From positions 1 through 64,000 of IMG/VR virus record IMGVR_UViG_3300020048_000074: 64,000 nt of DNA; one strand, 5' to 3'. Below the pieces are notes generated by a model. It did no database searches, was not told the origin of the DNA, and worked only from the letters and a program-made list of their open reading frames with translations. Both the position numbers and the translations under genes were made by a program. Origin of the DNA: an uncultured virus (IMG/VR IMGVR_UViG_3300020048_000074) (Duplodnaviria > Heunggongvirae > Uroviricota > Caudoviricetes). How positions within the stretch are numbered: the first letter of the stretch is position 1; each line of letters begins with the position of its first letter. Below are positions 47,140 to 56,363 of this stretch, piece by piece.

Positions 47140-48020
47140 TTTATGTCAGCCTCCAACGCTTCCTGTAGAATACCCTCAGCAAACGGTTTCATAAACTCAA
47201 GTACCGCCAAGCGAACGGGCCACGGCTCTTTTTCCGGTACGATCCACGACATGGGATCGCTTGCTGCCGATACGATTCTAAACGTAAAATAACCACCGCG
47301 CTTTGACTTGGAAGTGCTTTGCTGAAGACGCACCATCCCGGCGTACCTTCCCGCTTTTTGGGTGTACGTCCCCTGCAACTTTCCTTTTTTCAATATCAGT
47401 TTTGACGCCTGCCCCTGTGTGCTGCCCGGGTCGTACTTGGCACCCCACGTATACGACCGTCCCCCGGGCGTGGAACTCGACTTGCTGGTATACGATGTTC
47501 CGGGGGTGGGAGACGCGCCGGATTGCTTCATGGCATCCACGCGCTTTACTTCCGAAGAAAACGATTTATAAACCGACATAGGCATGGGGTCATTTCTAGT
47601 ATCTGATCCGGGAGTACCGTGCCGGAACGAAACGATATTATAGCGTCCGTTTTTACCTGATCTCGACTTGGACCCACGAAGCAGCCCGGGTTTCAAGTCT
47701 ATAGGACCGTGCCCCGCTTCCAAAAGATTAGTAACCCCATACCCGCCTTTGGTGGTGTAATCGGAATACACCTCCCACGCGTACTTCCCAACCTGTTGCC
47801 TCTTTATGGTTCTCTGGTATTGCCGGGCATTCAACACGTAAGGCAGCCCGGGAAGAGCTGCGCCGGTCGCGGCATTCACCCACGCCTCTTGGTACATGGT
47901 GCTGAGCTTTTCAACCGCCCGCTCCGTATGCGCGAGTATGATATTGGTTTTTCCACGCTTGGCAAGCTGAATGAACTCGGGAATAATATCCTGTACAGTT
48001 ATTGTCAGCTTGCCACTCAT
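47136..48020 (-). CDS. neck/tail completion protein
   Basis: LEAG..PIDLKPGLL, FRH, YFTFRIVS..SWIVP. Confidence 0.65.
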   Translation of the reverse strand: MSGKLTITVQDIIPEFIQLAKRGKTNIILAHTERAVEKLSTMYQEAWVNAATGAALPGLPYVLNARQYQRTIKRQQVGKYAWEVYSDYTTKGGYGVTNLLEAGHGPIDLKPGLLRGSKSRSGKNGRYNIVSFRHGTPGSDTRNDPMPMSVYKSFSSEVKRVDAMKQSGASPTPGTSYTSKSSSTPGGRSYTWGAKYDPGSTQGQASKLILKKGKLQGTYTQKAGRYAGMVRLQQSTSKSKRGGYFTFRIVSAASDPMSWIVPEKEPWPVRLAVLEFMKPFAEGILQEALEADIK

Positions 48021-49141
48021 CAGTATTCCACCTTTTCATGGACGTGATCGAATTGCCTGACGCCTATTCGATTCACAAACGCTTTATTCTCGGAATTTCG
48101 CAAGGTATGCATCTGTTCCAAAGCGATGTAGGTGGGATGATAAGTGAACTGGGCCGTCAACGCCACCGCAGGTTTGGTTATGTTCCATTTAAGCTCGTTG
48201 CGGCCATACAGCTCCACATCCTTGCCTACTCCGGTACTGTATTCCCTGCCCGTGGCATCTATCACCCGTAAAAGCCGGGAAAGGTCATAATACGCCGAGA
48301 TAATATCGTTCCCAGCGGTCAAGGTGGGCTGTAGAACCGCCCGGCCTGTTTGCTCCACCGCCATGGTCGTAAAAAGGTCATCCGGCGCAACCTGTGCCCA
48401 GTATGGCGTAACCAGCGTGGCATCAGCCTGCTCTAAAACGTAGGGCTGGTTGTATCGCATCTTTGGGCTAATCCCCGTAAGCATGAACTCAAACGGTTTT
48501 TGGTAAACGTAATCGACTTCAAGGATGTCACCAGAAACCCACGAAGGCATAGCCAACAAATGGATGTACACCTTGAAAGACGACACCACGGTATACGTGA
48601 GGCTTCGCGTAACGTTTCGCACCCGGGTAACCGTCTTTATTGATCCTTCAAACTGCTTTCCCTTATCAGAAAACAACGGAGCGATTACCCTAAGCACGTT
48701 CGTTCCGTACACGGTGCTGTTTTCAGCCACGACCGAGATGTCTGGATCGTAGTCGCAGTCCATGGTAAGTATTTCGTACACTTTAGGGTACGGGAAGTTC
48801 GCAAGCTGAACATAGCTTCCATCCGCTGGCTGAACGGAAGCCAAGGGAAGCGGGACCCCGGCCCTGCAAACGGTTGCAGACCCCACCACTATGGGAGTCT
48901 TCTTTGGGTATACCCGGCCATTCTCGTCATGCTTTACCAAATCGTTGAGCAGCCTGAGCTTCCCGGGACTGGTATAAATCTTGCCCCTTCCTTTGCAGGT
49001 GGGGCAATGCGGGTCCGGCTGGCCTGTTTCCGGAGTAAGACAAGGGCAAACGATGCCGGACACCCAGCGCACCCACTGAGCATGCCTCTGAAGGGCGTCC
49101 TCGTACCTCTGGATCGTTTGATAGGTTTGAAAGGTTCCCAT
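48020..49141 (-). CDS. head closure/neck protein
   Basis: CPC..CPTCKGRG motif; position in neck cluster. Confidence 0.65.
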   Translation of the reverse strand: MGTFQTYQTIQRYEDALQRHAQWVRWVSGIVCPCLTPETGQPDPHCPTCKGRGKIYTSPGKLRLLNDLVKHDENGRVYPKKTPIVVGSATVCRAGVPLPLASVQPADGSYVQLANFPYPKVYEILTMDCDYDPDISVVAENSTVYGTNVLRVIAPLFSDKGKQFEGSIKTVTRVRNVTRSLTYTVVSSFKVYIHLLAMPSWVSGDILEVDYVYQKPFEFMLTGISPKMRYNQPYVLEQADATLVTPYWAQVAPDDLFTTMAVEQTGRAVLQPTLTAGNDIISAYYDLSRLLRVIDATGREYSTGVGKDVELYGRNELKWNITKPAVALTAQFTYHPTYIALEQMHTLRNSENKAFVNRIGVRQFDHVHEKVEY

Positions 49142-49142
49142 A

Positions 49143-50288
49143 TTACCTCGATCCTACAAATCCGATTGGTATCGGCGCGTACTTGTAGCGGTTCCGTTCC
49201 AGAAACTCCTTGATCTCTTTTTGGTACTGAACGATACGCGCTCCGAAATACGCGCTCGTAGCACTCTGGGTAGAGCTGAAACTTTCCGAAAGTCCGTCAA
49301 GGCTTACCGACTGAGAAGAGAAACCGGCAAGCAAACCGTCACCGATAACCGCAAGTGCTTTTATGGTGGCGTACTTTCCGATGGCTGCTCGAAGACCTTC
49401 AGGCACAAAGTCGGAATTCTCGTACCCTGTTTCGTAGTCAAACTCAAAGGCTCCCGGGTACCGCGTTGATCCAACCCCGGTCCACATCATTCCGTATGCC
49501 GAATAAGGGCCGTATGTAAAACCGGTTGTCGGGAACATGCGTATCTGCCCGAATCCTTTTTCTACGCGTATCCATTTGTTGGCTATCATGTCCATGATCT
49601 GCCCGCGCACCGGATTAAGCCAAACCGCCCGGGTTACTTTTATTACGGGAAAATGCCTGAGCTGCACGAAACCGTATTCAGACCATTCAAGAGGATCGAA
49701 GTCGTATGGCTCATCCTCATGAGTAAAATCAACGCCGGGCCGCCAGAACCTAGATCGGGTATGGCCGTCACTTGATTGAGAAGCAAAAGTCTTGTACACC
49801 CTCCGGCGTATGTCCATGGTTAAGAAGTCTTCAAACTCCCCGATTGCTTCTACGACAAGCGAATCAAACTGCTCATTGGTGAACTCTGATTTTGCGATAT
49901 CGGAACCAACGCAATCTACTCCGAAAAGCATGGTGTATCGAATATCATCCGCAGTATACAGTTTCCCCCATTCCCCCGGGGATGGAGAATAGTTACCAAA
50001 AGAATAACCGATTTTACCTGCTTCAGTTCCAACCCTTCGAGGATCGGACAGCACGCTCTCGTCAATCGAGGTGGTGTTGTAATACGAGGTCTTGTACCAC
50101 TGTGCGCTGAGTCCAGTCATGTCATCAAAGAAGTAAACGGTGCTTTCAGGTATGAGAACTATGCGCGTTGCCACATCAGTTATTTCAAGATATATTCCGG
50201 TTTCAGTGTCGCACCGATATATTTTTACGCAGTCGTATTGGAGTAGGACCTGCTCTATGTTGTCAACGTCTATCGATATTCTATTCAT
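49143..50288 (-). CDS. head-tail adaptor protein
   Basis: QLRHFPV, DYETG, SVSLDGLSESFSST.SA..AYFGARI. Confidence 0.7.
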   Translation of the reverse strand: MNRISIDVDNIEQVLLQYDCVKIYRCDTETGIYLEITDVATRIVLIPESTVYFFDDMTGLSAQWYKTSYYNTTSIDESVLSDPRRVGTEAGKIGYSFGNYSPSPGEWGKLYTADDIRYTMLFGVDCVGSDIAKSEFTNEQFDSLVVEAIGEFEDFLTMDIRRRVYKTFASQSSDGHTRSRFWRPGVDFTHEDEPYDFDPLEWSEYGFVQLRHFPVIKVTRAVWLNPVRGQIMDMIANKWIRVEKGFGQIRMFPTTGFTYGPYSAYGMMWTGVGSTRYPGAFEFDYETGYENSDFVPEGLRAAIGKYATIKALAVIGDGLLAGFSSQSVSLDGLSESFSSTQSATSAYFGARIVQYQKEIKEFLERNRYKYAPIPIGFVGSR

Positions 50289-50300
50289 GGGCGACTCTCC

Positions 50301-51506
50301 TTAAAACGTATTCTTTGGCGAACCCGGCTCGTCTACTTTCGTAACCTTTGAAGGATCAAGCGTGGTTACATCCAATACGCTTGGATCAACTATAACCGAA
50401 GAAACAGGCTTTGGGTATGCCAAAGTGGTAACGTCTTCTATTTTGGATGACACGCGGATAGACCCTGTTATTTTAGGGGTTCCAAGCGAGTCGCGTATTC
50501 GTTTTATTACCCTTTGAAAAAACGTATCGGCTATTCCGATCACATCAGATATAAAACGCGTCATGCGCTTTCCGGCAGACAAGCTATCAGTGATCCCTTG
50601 CGTGTCTGATTTTAAACGCCTGTAAGCCAACCATCGGGTAAGCGTATGAGTTACTATTACGGAATCAATGACTGTTTTTTTATACGCCGCTTTTCTGGCA
50701 AGCGTCATGGTGATTCCAATCGAGTTTGCAATGCTTCTAAGTATTATTTTTATAGCATTTAACGACATGGTTATATTCACCGTGTTTGAAACCGTTCTAA
50801 ACGCGCTTTTCTTCCGCACTATAGTTTCAGTGACCGATACGCTGTTGATTGTGGTTCTAACGTAGCCCATTTTCTTTGATATCGATGAAGTTATACCAAC
50901 CGTGTTGGATATCGAACGTAATAATATCTTAATAAGGTTTAAAGTATGCGTTATTCCAACCGTGTTGGCTATGCCGCGTATAAATCCGCGTATTTTAGTT
51001 AGTGCATCGGTAATTCCAACGGTATTGCTTATTGATTTTTTTACATCCCATTTTCTTGAGAGCGTATGGGTTATTCCTTCAGTGTTTGAAATCGATCGGT
51101 AGGCTGATTGTATCCTGCCTAGAGTATGTGTGATTCCAATTGTGTTTGCTATCGATCTAAAAAGGATTTTAAACGCGGCTAGGGTATGCGTAATTCCAAC
51201 TGGGTTGCTCACTGCTCGTTTGTACCCTAAGACCCTCCCAAAAGTATGCGTGATACCTTCGGTGTCTAAAAACGTTCTATATGCTGATTTTATACGCGAT
51301 AGAGCATGTGTAATTCCAATCGAGTTAGCTATCGATCTCGTAAAAGCAGTTCCACCGCCACCGGTTAAAGTTCTCGTAGGGTGCACCCAAATCTGGTAGG
51401 CTATCCCATCAATTAAAGTGCCGTCTGGTGCCGCAGGGGTCCCCGGGTCAAGCGTGCGAGTTGGATGAGTCCATATTGCATCTGCAATTTGCGCCGGGGT
51501 ATACAT
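50301..51506 (-). CDS. basic virion-associated protein with 14 x 20-aa repeats
   Basis: repeating RSI(A/S)NTVGITHTL.. Confidence 0.8.
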   Translation of the reverse strand: MYTPAQIADAIWTHPTRTLDPGTPAAPDGTLIDGIAYQIWVHPTRTLTGGGGTAFTRSIANSIGITHALSRIKSAYRTFLDTEGITHTFGRVLGYKRAVSNPVGITHTLAAFKILFRSIANTIGITHTLGRIQSAYRSISNTEGITHTLSRKWDVKKSISNTVGITDALTKIRGFIRGIANTVGITHTLNLIKILLRSISNTVGITSSISKKMGYVRTTINSVSVTETIVRKKSAFRTVSNTVNITMSLNAIKIILRSIANSIGITMTLARKAAYKKTVIDSVIVTHTLTRWLAYRRLKSDTQGITDSLSAGKRMTRFISDVIGIADTFFQRVIKRIRDSLGTPKITGSIRVSSKIEDVTTLAYPKPVSSVIVDPSVLDVTTLDPSKVTKVDEPGSPKNTF

Positions 51507-52771
51507 TATGTAGTCGTCCTACCTGCCCGAGTCCAAACAGCCTCCGCGATTTCAGCAGGGTCGTATGGGTCGTCAAGATATCCAGTAATTTCAATATCAA
51601 GGTACGCTTGTTCGCTTGTCTCGATAAGCCCGAAACCTCCACCAACAACTGCTATGCCTTGACCCGGCCAAATAATTATTTCAGTGTCGCCGTTACCACC
51701 AGCTCCGCGTCTGTCTCCCGGCCATACCTCGTATTCAGCTCGGGAAAGCATGTCAGCGTTTAAAGTTACTGCCCCGGTTTCTGTAATATAGGGACCAGCA
51801 CCCAACCAACGACGGAAACAATCAACGCGTTGCTGCATCAAAGTGGTTATCGGAGTATTCTGATAATTCTGGTAGTCAATTTGTATCCCGTTCGCAGCCC
51901 CGGCAGGGAGAACTTTCATAGCCCCACGGTAAGCAAACAATTCAGAAAAAGTGTTAGCTGTATCGTGAGCATAAATAGGAACGGCTATTCCGGCTTTATC
52001 CACATCCATACTTGCTGCACATCGAATGATCCTGTAGGAGGGTATGTTTTCTTCACCTAAGTCTGGCAAAGATACTATCATTACCTGCAAAACAACACCC
52101 GATCCCGCTCCGTTTATGAACGCGATAGAGGCCATCCCTTTTTCAAGAGAGGAACCAACGTCACCATCCCGGTACTTGTACGTCCTGTTTGTGCCGACAA
52201 CACGCACGGTCACGCCGAAGTGGAACGCCTGTGGAAGCCCAAACTCTCGACGGGTTAAGCAAAAACCCTGCCCTTCATTAAGCACCAGAGGCTCCGTGTC
52301 CGAATCCCCGTCTACGTGCCAAATGTTATGACTCTCGGTTGTTCTCCCTGTATGGTCATTGGCATCGCAAACGCCGGGCGCACGCATCATCGCCTGAAAG
52401 CTGATCGACTTCGTTATAGTGTACGACGAGATGCAGTCTCCGAACCTTCGGAAAGTATCGGTTATTGTTACACTGTCCGGGTTCTCATAAAACTTCACCT
52501 GTGCCGGAAGGTCTGCGGCAGCCGTATCATGCTTGAACGCAACAACTTCATCCCCGCCCGATACCGCGCTGATCCTGTCAAGACTGACGATCCCTTGGTT
52601 CCCAAGAGGATTAGTTACATCGGGGTTTATCGCCCGTGGGACTGTCCGTATTTCACAAATATGAACCGCTGCCTCTGGCGAAGTTGAGTTATTAAAAAGA
52701 GCGGCCATACCATCAAGGCCAACATCGCAGTCGCACCTCGGGAATATGGCCGTAAAACTCTTCCTGCTCAT
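51506..52771 (-). CDS. putative structural protein with two copies of an HDT..FRR domain
   Basis: internal duplication; paralogous to 52774..53289. Confidence 0.7.
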   Translation of the reverse strand: MSRKSFTAIFPRCDCDVGLDGMAALFNNSTSPEAAVHICEIRTVPRAINPDVTNPLGNQGIVSLDRISAVSGGDEVVAFKHDTAAADLPAQVKFYENPDSVTITDTFRRFGDCISSYTITKSISFQAMMRAPGVCDANDHTGRTTESHNIWHVDGDSDTEPLVLNEGQGFCLTRREFGLPQAFHFGVTVRVVGTNRTYKYRDGDVGSSLEKGMASIAFINGAGSGVVLQVMIVSLPDLGEENIPSYRIIRCAASMDVDKAGIAVPIYAHDTANTFSELFAYRGAMKVLPAGAANGIQIDYQNYQNTPITTLMQQRVDCFRRWLGAGPYITETGAVTLNADMLSRAEYEVWPGDRRGAGGNGDTEIIIWPGQGIAVVGGGFGLIETSEQAYLDIEITGYLDDPYDPAEIAEAVWTRAGRTTT

Positions 52772-52773
52772 GC

Positions 52774-53289
52774 TTAACTCGCGGCATCCGTGAAGGTGAT
52801 CTCGAACTCCATGCTCGTTACAGCGCCCGCGCCAACGTTGAATATATCAACGCCCTTGGTATTCCTGAAAACAATCGGTTCAAGATTCGCATCCCCGCCC
52901 GTGGGAAAGAATACGATCCCTACCGGGATAAGCACTTCCCAGTTCGCTTGTGTAACACCCGTGGTGGTCGCCTCTTCAAGCAACCACATGAAACGCCTAA
53001 ACGTAGCCTCGGCTGTTGCCGTGCCCCCGTGCCAACAAGATATGCTGGTAAGAGCACTTGAATTCGTGTCATGCGCAACAGGAGATACCACGGTTCCTGA
53101 GCCTACCACAAGCGCCGACAGCCTGCGAATCGACATGATTGAAAGAGCCGCCGTGATCGCGGCTGTCTGCGTGTTGAAAACACAAAAACGGTAAGCACGC
53201 ATAACACGCGCACCACCGTTGATAAGCCCAAGCATAGACTTTGCGGAAGCAAACGCTACCGTAGCCTGCGAAACCCAAGTGCTTGCCAT
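52774..53289 (-). CDS. putative structural protein (single HDT..FRR domain)
   Basis: PVAHDT..TFRRF..EPIV..G. Confidence 0.7.
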   Translation of the reverse strand: MASTWVSQATVAFASAKSMLGLINGGARVMRAYRFCVFNTQTAAITAALSIMSIRRLSALVVGSGTVVSPVAHDTNSSALTSISCWHGGTATAEATFRRFMWLLEEATTTGVTQANWEVLIPVGIVFFPTGGDANLEPIVFRNTKGVDIFNVGAGAVTSMEFEITFTDAAS

Positions 53290-53723
53290 TACGAAACCTC
53301 CTGTTTCTTTAAGGCCCTGCTGACCTGATACATGACGGTGTATTCCTTTATCTCGTTCACAGAATATCTCTTGTTTGTATTTGAGTTACGCTCCAAGCGA
53401 AGTTCATAAAACTTAATAGCTATTTCTGCTTGAGCTTTTTTAAGAACTAAAAACTTTACTACATCGCGCAACACTTGATATGCCACGCCCCCATTGAACT
53501 GAATAACACTAACCGGGTGGCCTGTCATACTTTTCCTTTTGTAAATGCTACCTCCAAGTCCGTTCTGTATATGCACTAACGGAAAAGGGTCTTTTTGAAC
53601 AATTTGTAGCCTTAGTCCAAACCGAGGGGTGTCTCTCCCTTTCCCCATGCTTTTAGTAACAGAGATGCAACCCTCCCCGTCTATGAATCCCGCCAGCCAA
53701 GCTTTATTCAGAGTTGCCGCCAT
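53289..53723 (-). CDS. single-motif LAGLIDADG homing endonuclease
   Basis: WLAGFIDGEGCI, LQIVQKD, LVLKKAQA. Confidence 0.9.
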   Translation of the reverse strand: MAATLNKAWLAGFIDGEGCISVTKSMGKGRDTPRFGLRLQIVQKDPFPLVHIQNGLGGSIYKRKSMTGHPVSVIQFNGGVAYQVLRDVVKFLVLKKAQAEIAIKFYELRLERNSNTNKRYSVNEIKEYTVMYQVSRALKKQEVS

Positions 53724-53744
53724 AATACCCCCTAAGCTATGCGA

Positions 53745-54020
53745 TCAAGTGAATATTTTTTTAGTGCTCTTGTAAGCATCAAAAAGAACCTTGTCACCTG
53801 TTCCTATTATATTTTGAGTCACCTTACCCGCTCGAAGCGCTAGAATAGTAAGGTGACATTCCATCTTTTTGTCCCCGGGTGGAATGGTAATATACCTGTC
53901 CATTTGCACTTTGAGAGTGTAGTCAACGGCGCGGTGCACCTCTTTGGCAGTAAGCGCCGTTTCTACATCAATCATCCATCCTGTTTCGGGTCCAGCCCAC
54001 CACATCCTTGGTTGCTGCAT
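53745..54020 (-). CDS. hypothetical protein
   Basis: 91-aa ORF tightly packed in the operon. Confidence 0.55.
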   Translation of the reverse strand: MQQPRMWWAGPETGWMIDVETALTAKEVHRAVDYTLKVQMDRYITIPPGDKKMECHLTILALRAGKVTQNIIGTGDKVLFDAYKSTKKIFT

Positions 54021-54021
54021 A

Positions 54022-54681
54022 TCACGAACCTAAGAAGGTAAGTTCCCAGTCTATTTGCAAGGTATCGGATGCCGTGATCGCCACCGAAGGGGTAACCTGA
54101 GCATACGCCAAGCAACTGTTCGCGGCCACATCGGTACTGTGCGACGTAATTGCTGCTTCCGTTATGGTAACCGAACCAAACGCACCGGCAGCGTAAATCG
54201 CCCGGTACTGAAGCACGTTATCGTTCGCAGCAAGCCACGCGCCCTTCAGCAACGGGTAGGTAGCTTCAAGCGCTTTCGGAGTCCCGGTAAGCGTGTTCAC
54301 CCAGCCATTGGCTTTCGGTGTAGTGCCTGTCCAGTTTGTTCCCACGGGCATAAACCCGGCAGCGGCCACGATCTTGGTACGAACGGGGGAATTCGCCATG
54401 GTGTCAGCAATCAAAGCATCACCCTCATCCGTGACGATGTTATGGTTTACCGAAACCTGCCGACAGTACATCTGGTCAAACCGCTTTACTTCTTTGCGGT
54501 ACTCGCTTTTGATCCAGCCTATAAACTTTCTGAGTTTACTGCCCGCGATGTTTCTGATTTCGCTTTCAAGCGATTTCATAAGCGAGTCGCGCCGATTCAG
54601 CAATTCGGTTTCTTGGCCTACAGGAAACCGAAATAAACGAGCGGTTACTTTACCGCGTATGCGTGAAGTCATGGCAAACAT
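54022..54681 (-). CDS. putative structural/fibre protein
   Basis: HNIVTDEG..ITEA..DTLQIDWELTF. Confidence 0.65.
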   Translation of the reverse strand: MFAMTSRIRGKVTARLFRFPVGQETELLNRRDSLMKSLESEIRNIAGSKLRKFIGWIKSEYRKEVKRFDQMYCRQVSVNHNIVTDEGDALIADTMANSPVRTKIVAAAGFMPVGTNWTGTTPKANGWVNTLTGTPKALEATYPLLKGAWLAANDNVLQYRAIYAAGAFGSVTITEAAITSHSTDVAANSCLAYAQVTPSVAITASDTLQIDWELTFLGS

Positions 54682-54695
54682 ATAGCTCCCCTCCC

Positions 54696-54968
54696 TTACA
54701 TTTTCTGTTCAAGCAGAACGTACATTACAGCTCCGGCAGGCCCCGAAGTCAACGTAAGTTTGTTTACCCTGCGCTGAATTTCGAGCGGAAGCGTCAAAGC
54801 GTTCGCGGAGTTATCAAGTGACATGGCAGTGTTGCCAAGTGATATAACAAAAGTCCCCGCAGCCGTACCACGGAGAATAATGCTCTTGACTGCCATTCTG
54901 TCTTCAGAATAAGTATCACCGACAGCCAGCGTGATAATCTGTTCGGTTTGATTAACCAGTACAGCCAT
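54696..54968 (-). CDS. small beta-rich putative structural protein
   Basis: 90 aa, GGGGG SD. Confidence 0.6.
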   Translation of the reverse strand: MAVLVNQTEQIITLAVGDTYSEDRMAVKSIILRGTAAGTFVISLGNTAMSLDNSANALTLPLEIQRRVNKLTLTSGPAGAVMYVLLEQKM

Positions 54969-54977
54969 GATAACCCC

Positions 54978-55352
54978 CTAAAGTTTCGTATTCCATTTCC
55001 ATTCAACACCATCGTCTCCGATTTCTATGAACACAACGGAACCCGTCGATCTGCTTTCTATCCCTATAAGCCACGTAACAATCCTATTACGCTCTTCGCT
55101 GTTCATGGCTACTTCCGCTTTTGTTCTACGCCGATACAGTATTCGGCAGTCTTCCATCTCATTAAACTTGGTCCGTCTCCCACCATTTATGATAAACGTC
55201 CGAGACACGGAATCCACGTAATAGCTATTGGTATTCCAAAGCAGCATCAAGCTGCCAATACGTTCACGCATAGCATACAACTCAGAAAACTGGACAAGCC
55301 GAGAGGTAAGATCATCCTTGAGTGTAACCATTATTTCCATAGGATTACTCAT
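54978..55352 (-). CDS. hypothetical protein
   Basis: 124 aa, GAGG SD. Confidence 0.6.
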   Translation of the reverse strand: MSNPMEIMVTLKDDLTSRLVQFSELYAMRERIGSLMLLWNTNSYYVDSVSRTFIINGGRRTKFNEMEDCRILYRRRTKAEVAMNSEERNRIVTWLIGIESRSTGSVVFIEIGDDGVEWKWNTKL

Positions 55353-55397
55353 ACCTCGCCCTCGCTAAAACAAAAGAGGGCATGCGCCCCCTTTGCA

Positions 55398-55931
55398 CTA
55401 CTGCTCGTCCCATTGAAACGTAATAGTCTTCTGGTTGACCGCACCTGCCGGGGTCAATTCGGTAACGTCAAGCTGAAGAGCCATCCAGTCACTATACCCC
55501 GGGGCCGCGACAAGAGAACCGCCCAGCGATCCACCGATGCCTAGATTCGGGCCACTCGGCTCGGCTACAGGCATTGCCAGAGTAGCGATTGCCGAATTGG
55601 TCTGTATGGGTCCACCGACCGGGTACGATGCGGCTGAGTACCCCGCCTCTCGCAGGTTGCAGCTCATCCCCTCACCGGTTTTCCAGCCACCCCCGAGATT
55701 CGATATCCATATTTTAAGGTTATCGATTATGCTTGAGCCACCGAGGTCACTCAAATAAAACCGTAACCATTTTTCAAAAGCGTGTCCGTCTGCCTGAGCG
55801 GTTACCGGATACGCCGTTGGATTCAAAACAGCGGCATCAACCGACCCCATGTTCAGGTTTGCAGGATCAATAGTTTCAAGGCTGGTTCCTACCGCGCCGT
55901 TTGTTTCCGCAATTACGACTGTTGCTGCCAT
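55398..55931 (-). CDS. putative structural protein
   Basis: 177 aa; FEKWLR and TFQWDE; AGGAG SD. Confidence 0.65.
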   Translation of the reverse strand: MAATVVIAETNGAVGTSLETIDPANLNMGSVDAAVLNPTAYPVTAQADGHAFEKWLRFYLSDLGGSSIIDNLKIWISNLGGGWKTGEGMSCNLREAGYSAASYPVGGPIQTNSAIATLAMPVAEPSGPNLGIGGSLGGSLVAAPGYSDWMALQLDVTELTPAGAVNQKTITFQWDEQ

Positions 55932-55983
55932 ACTGTATATCTCCTAAATGAGAATGGGATTTTTACATCCCACCCCAATGAGT

Positions 55984-56304
55984 TTATTCGTCGTCGAAAG
56001 CTTCCCAAGTAACCAAAAGGTTGTTACTCGCGGAAGAGGTTCCACCCGTATTATTGATACGGGCATCTGCGGTTATCGTGAACTGCGAGGTCAAATCGGT
56101 GAGCGCCCCGTTGGTTCCGGATACCATGATAACCGCGACAAGATGGTCACCCTTCTTGATTTTGGATACCGTGATGTTACCGGCTGCGGCACCCGCTACC
56201 GCCTGCTGCATGACAAGACCCTTGTTGACCTGAATATTAAAGGCGCGGGCAATCAGCCTGCGCCATATCGGGTCGGACTTCATCATTCTGTCTTTAAGTT
56301 TCAT
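55984..56304 (-). CDS. putative head decoration protein
   Basis: immediately after the capsid gene; AAGGAG SD. Confidence 0.55.
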   Translation of the reverse strand: MKLKDRMMKSDPIWRRLIARAFNIQVNKGLVMQQAVAGAAAGNITVSKIKKGDHLVAVIMVSGTNGALTDLTSQFTITADARINNTGGTSSASNNLLVTWEAFDDE

Positions 56305-56323
56305 GTACGTTCTCCTTGAATCA

Positions 56324-56350
56324 CGGTAGGGGATTTTTAGTCCCCTACCG
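56324..56350. terminator. 10-bp hairpin after the capsid gene (no clear U tract)
   Basis: cggtagggga/tcccctaccg. Confidence 0.55.
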
Positions 56351-56363
56351 CAGTTCTATTTGA

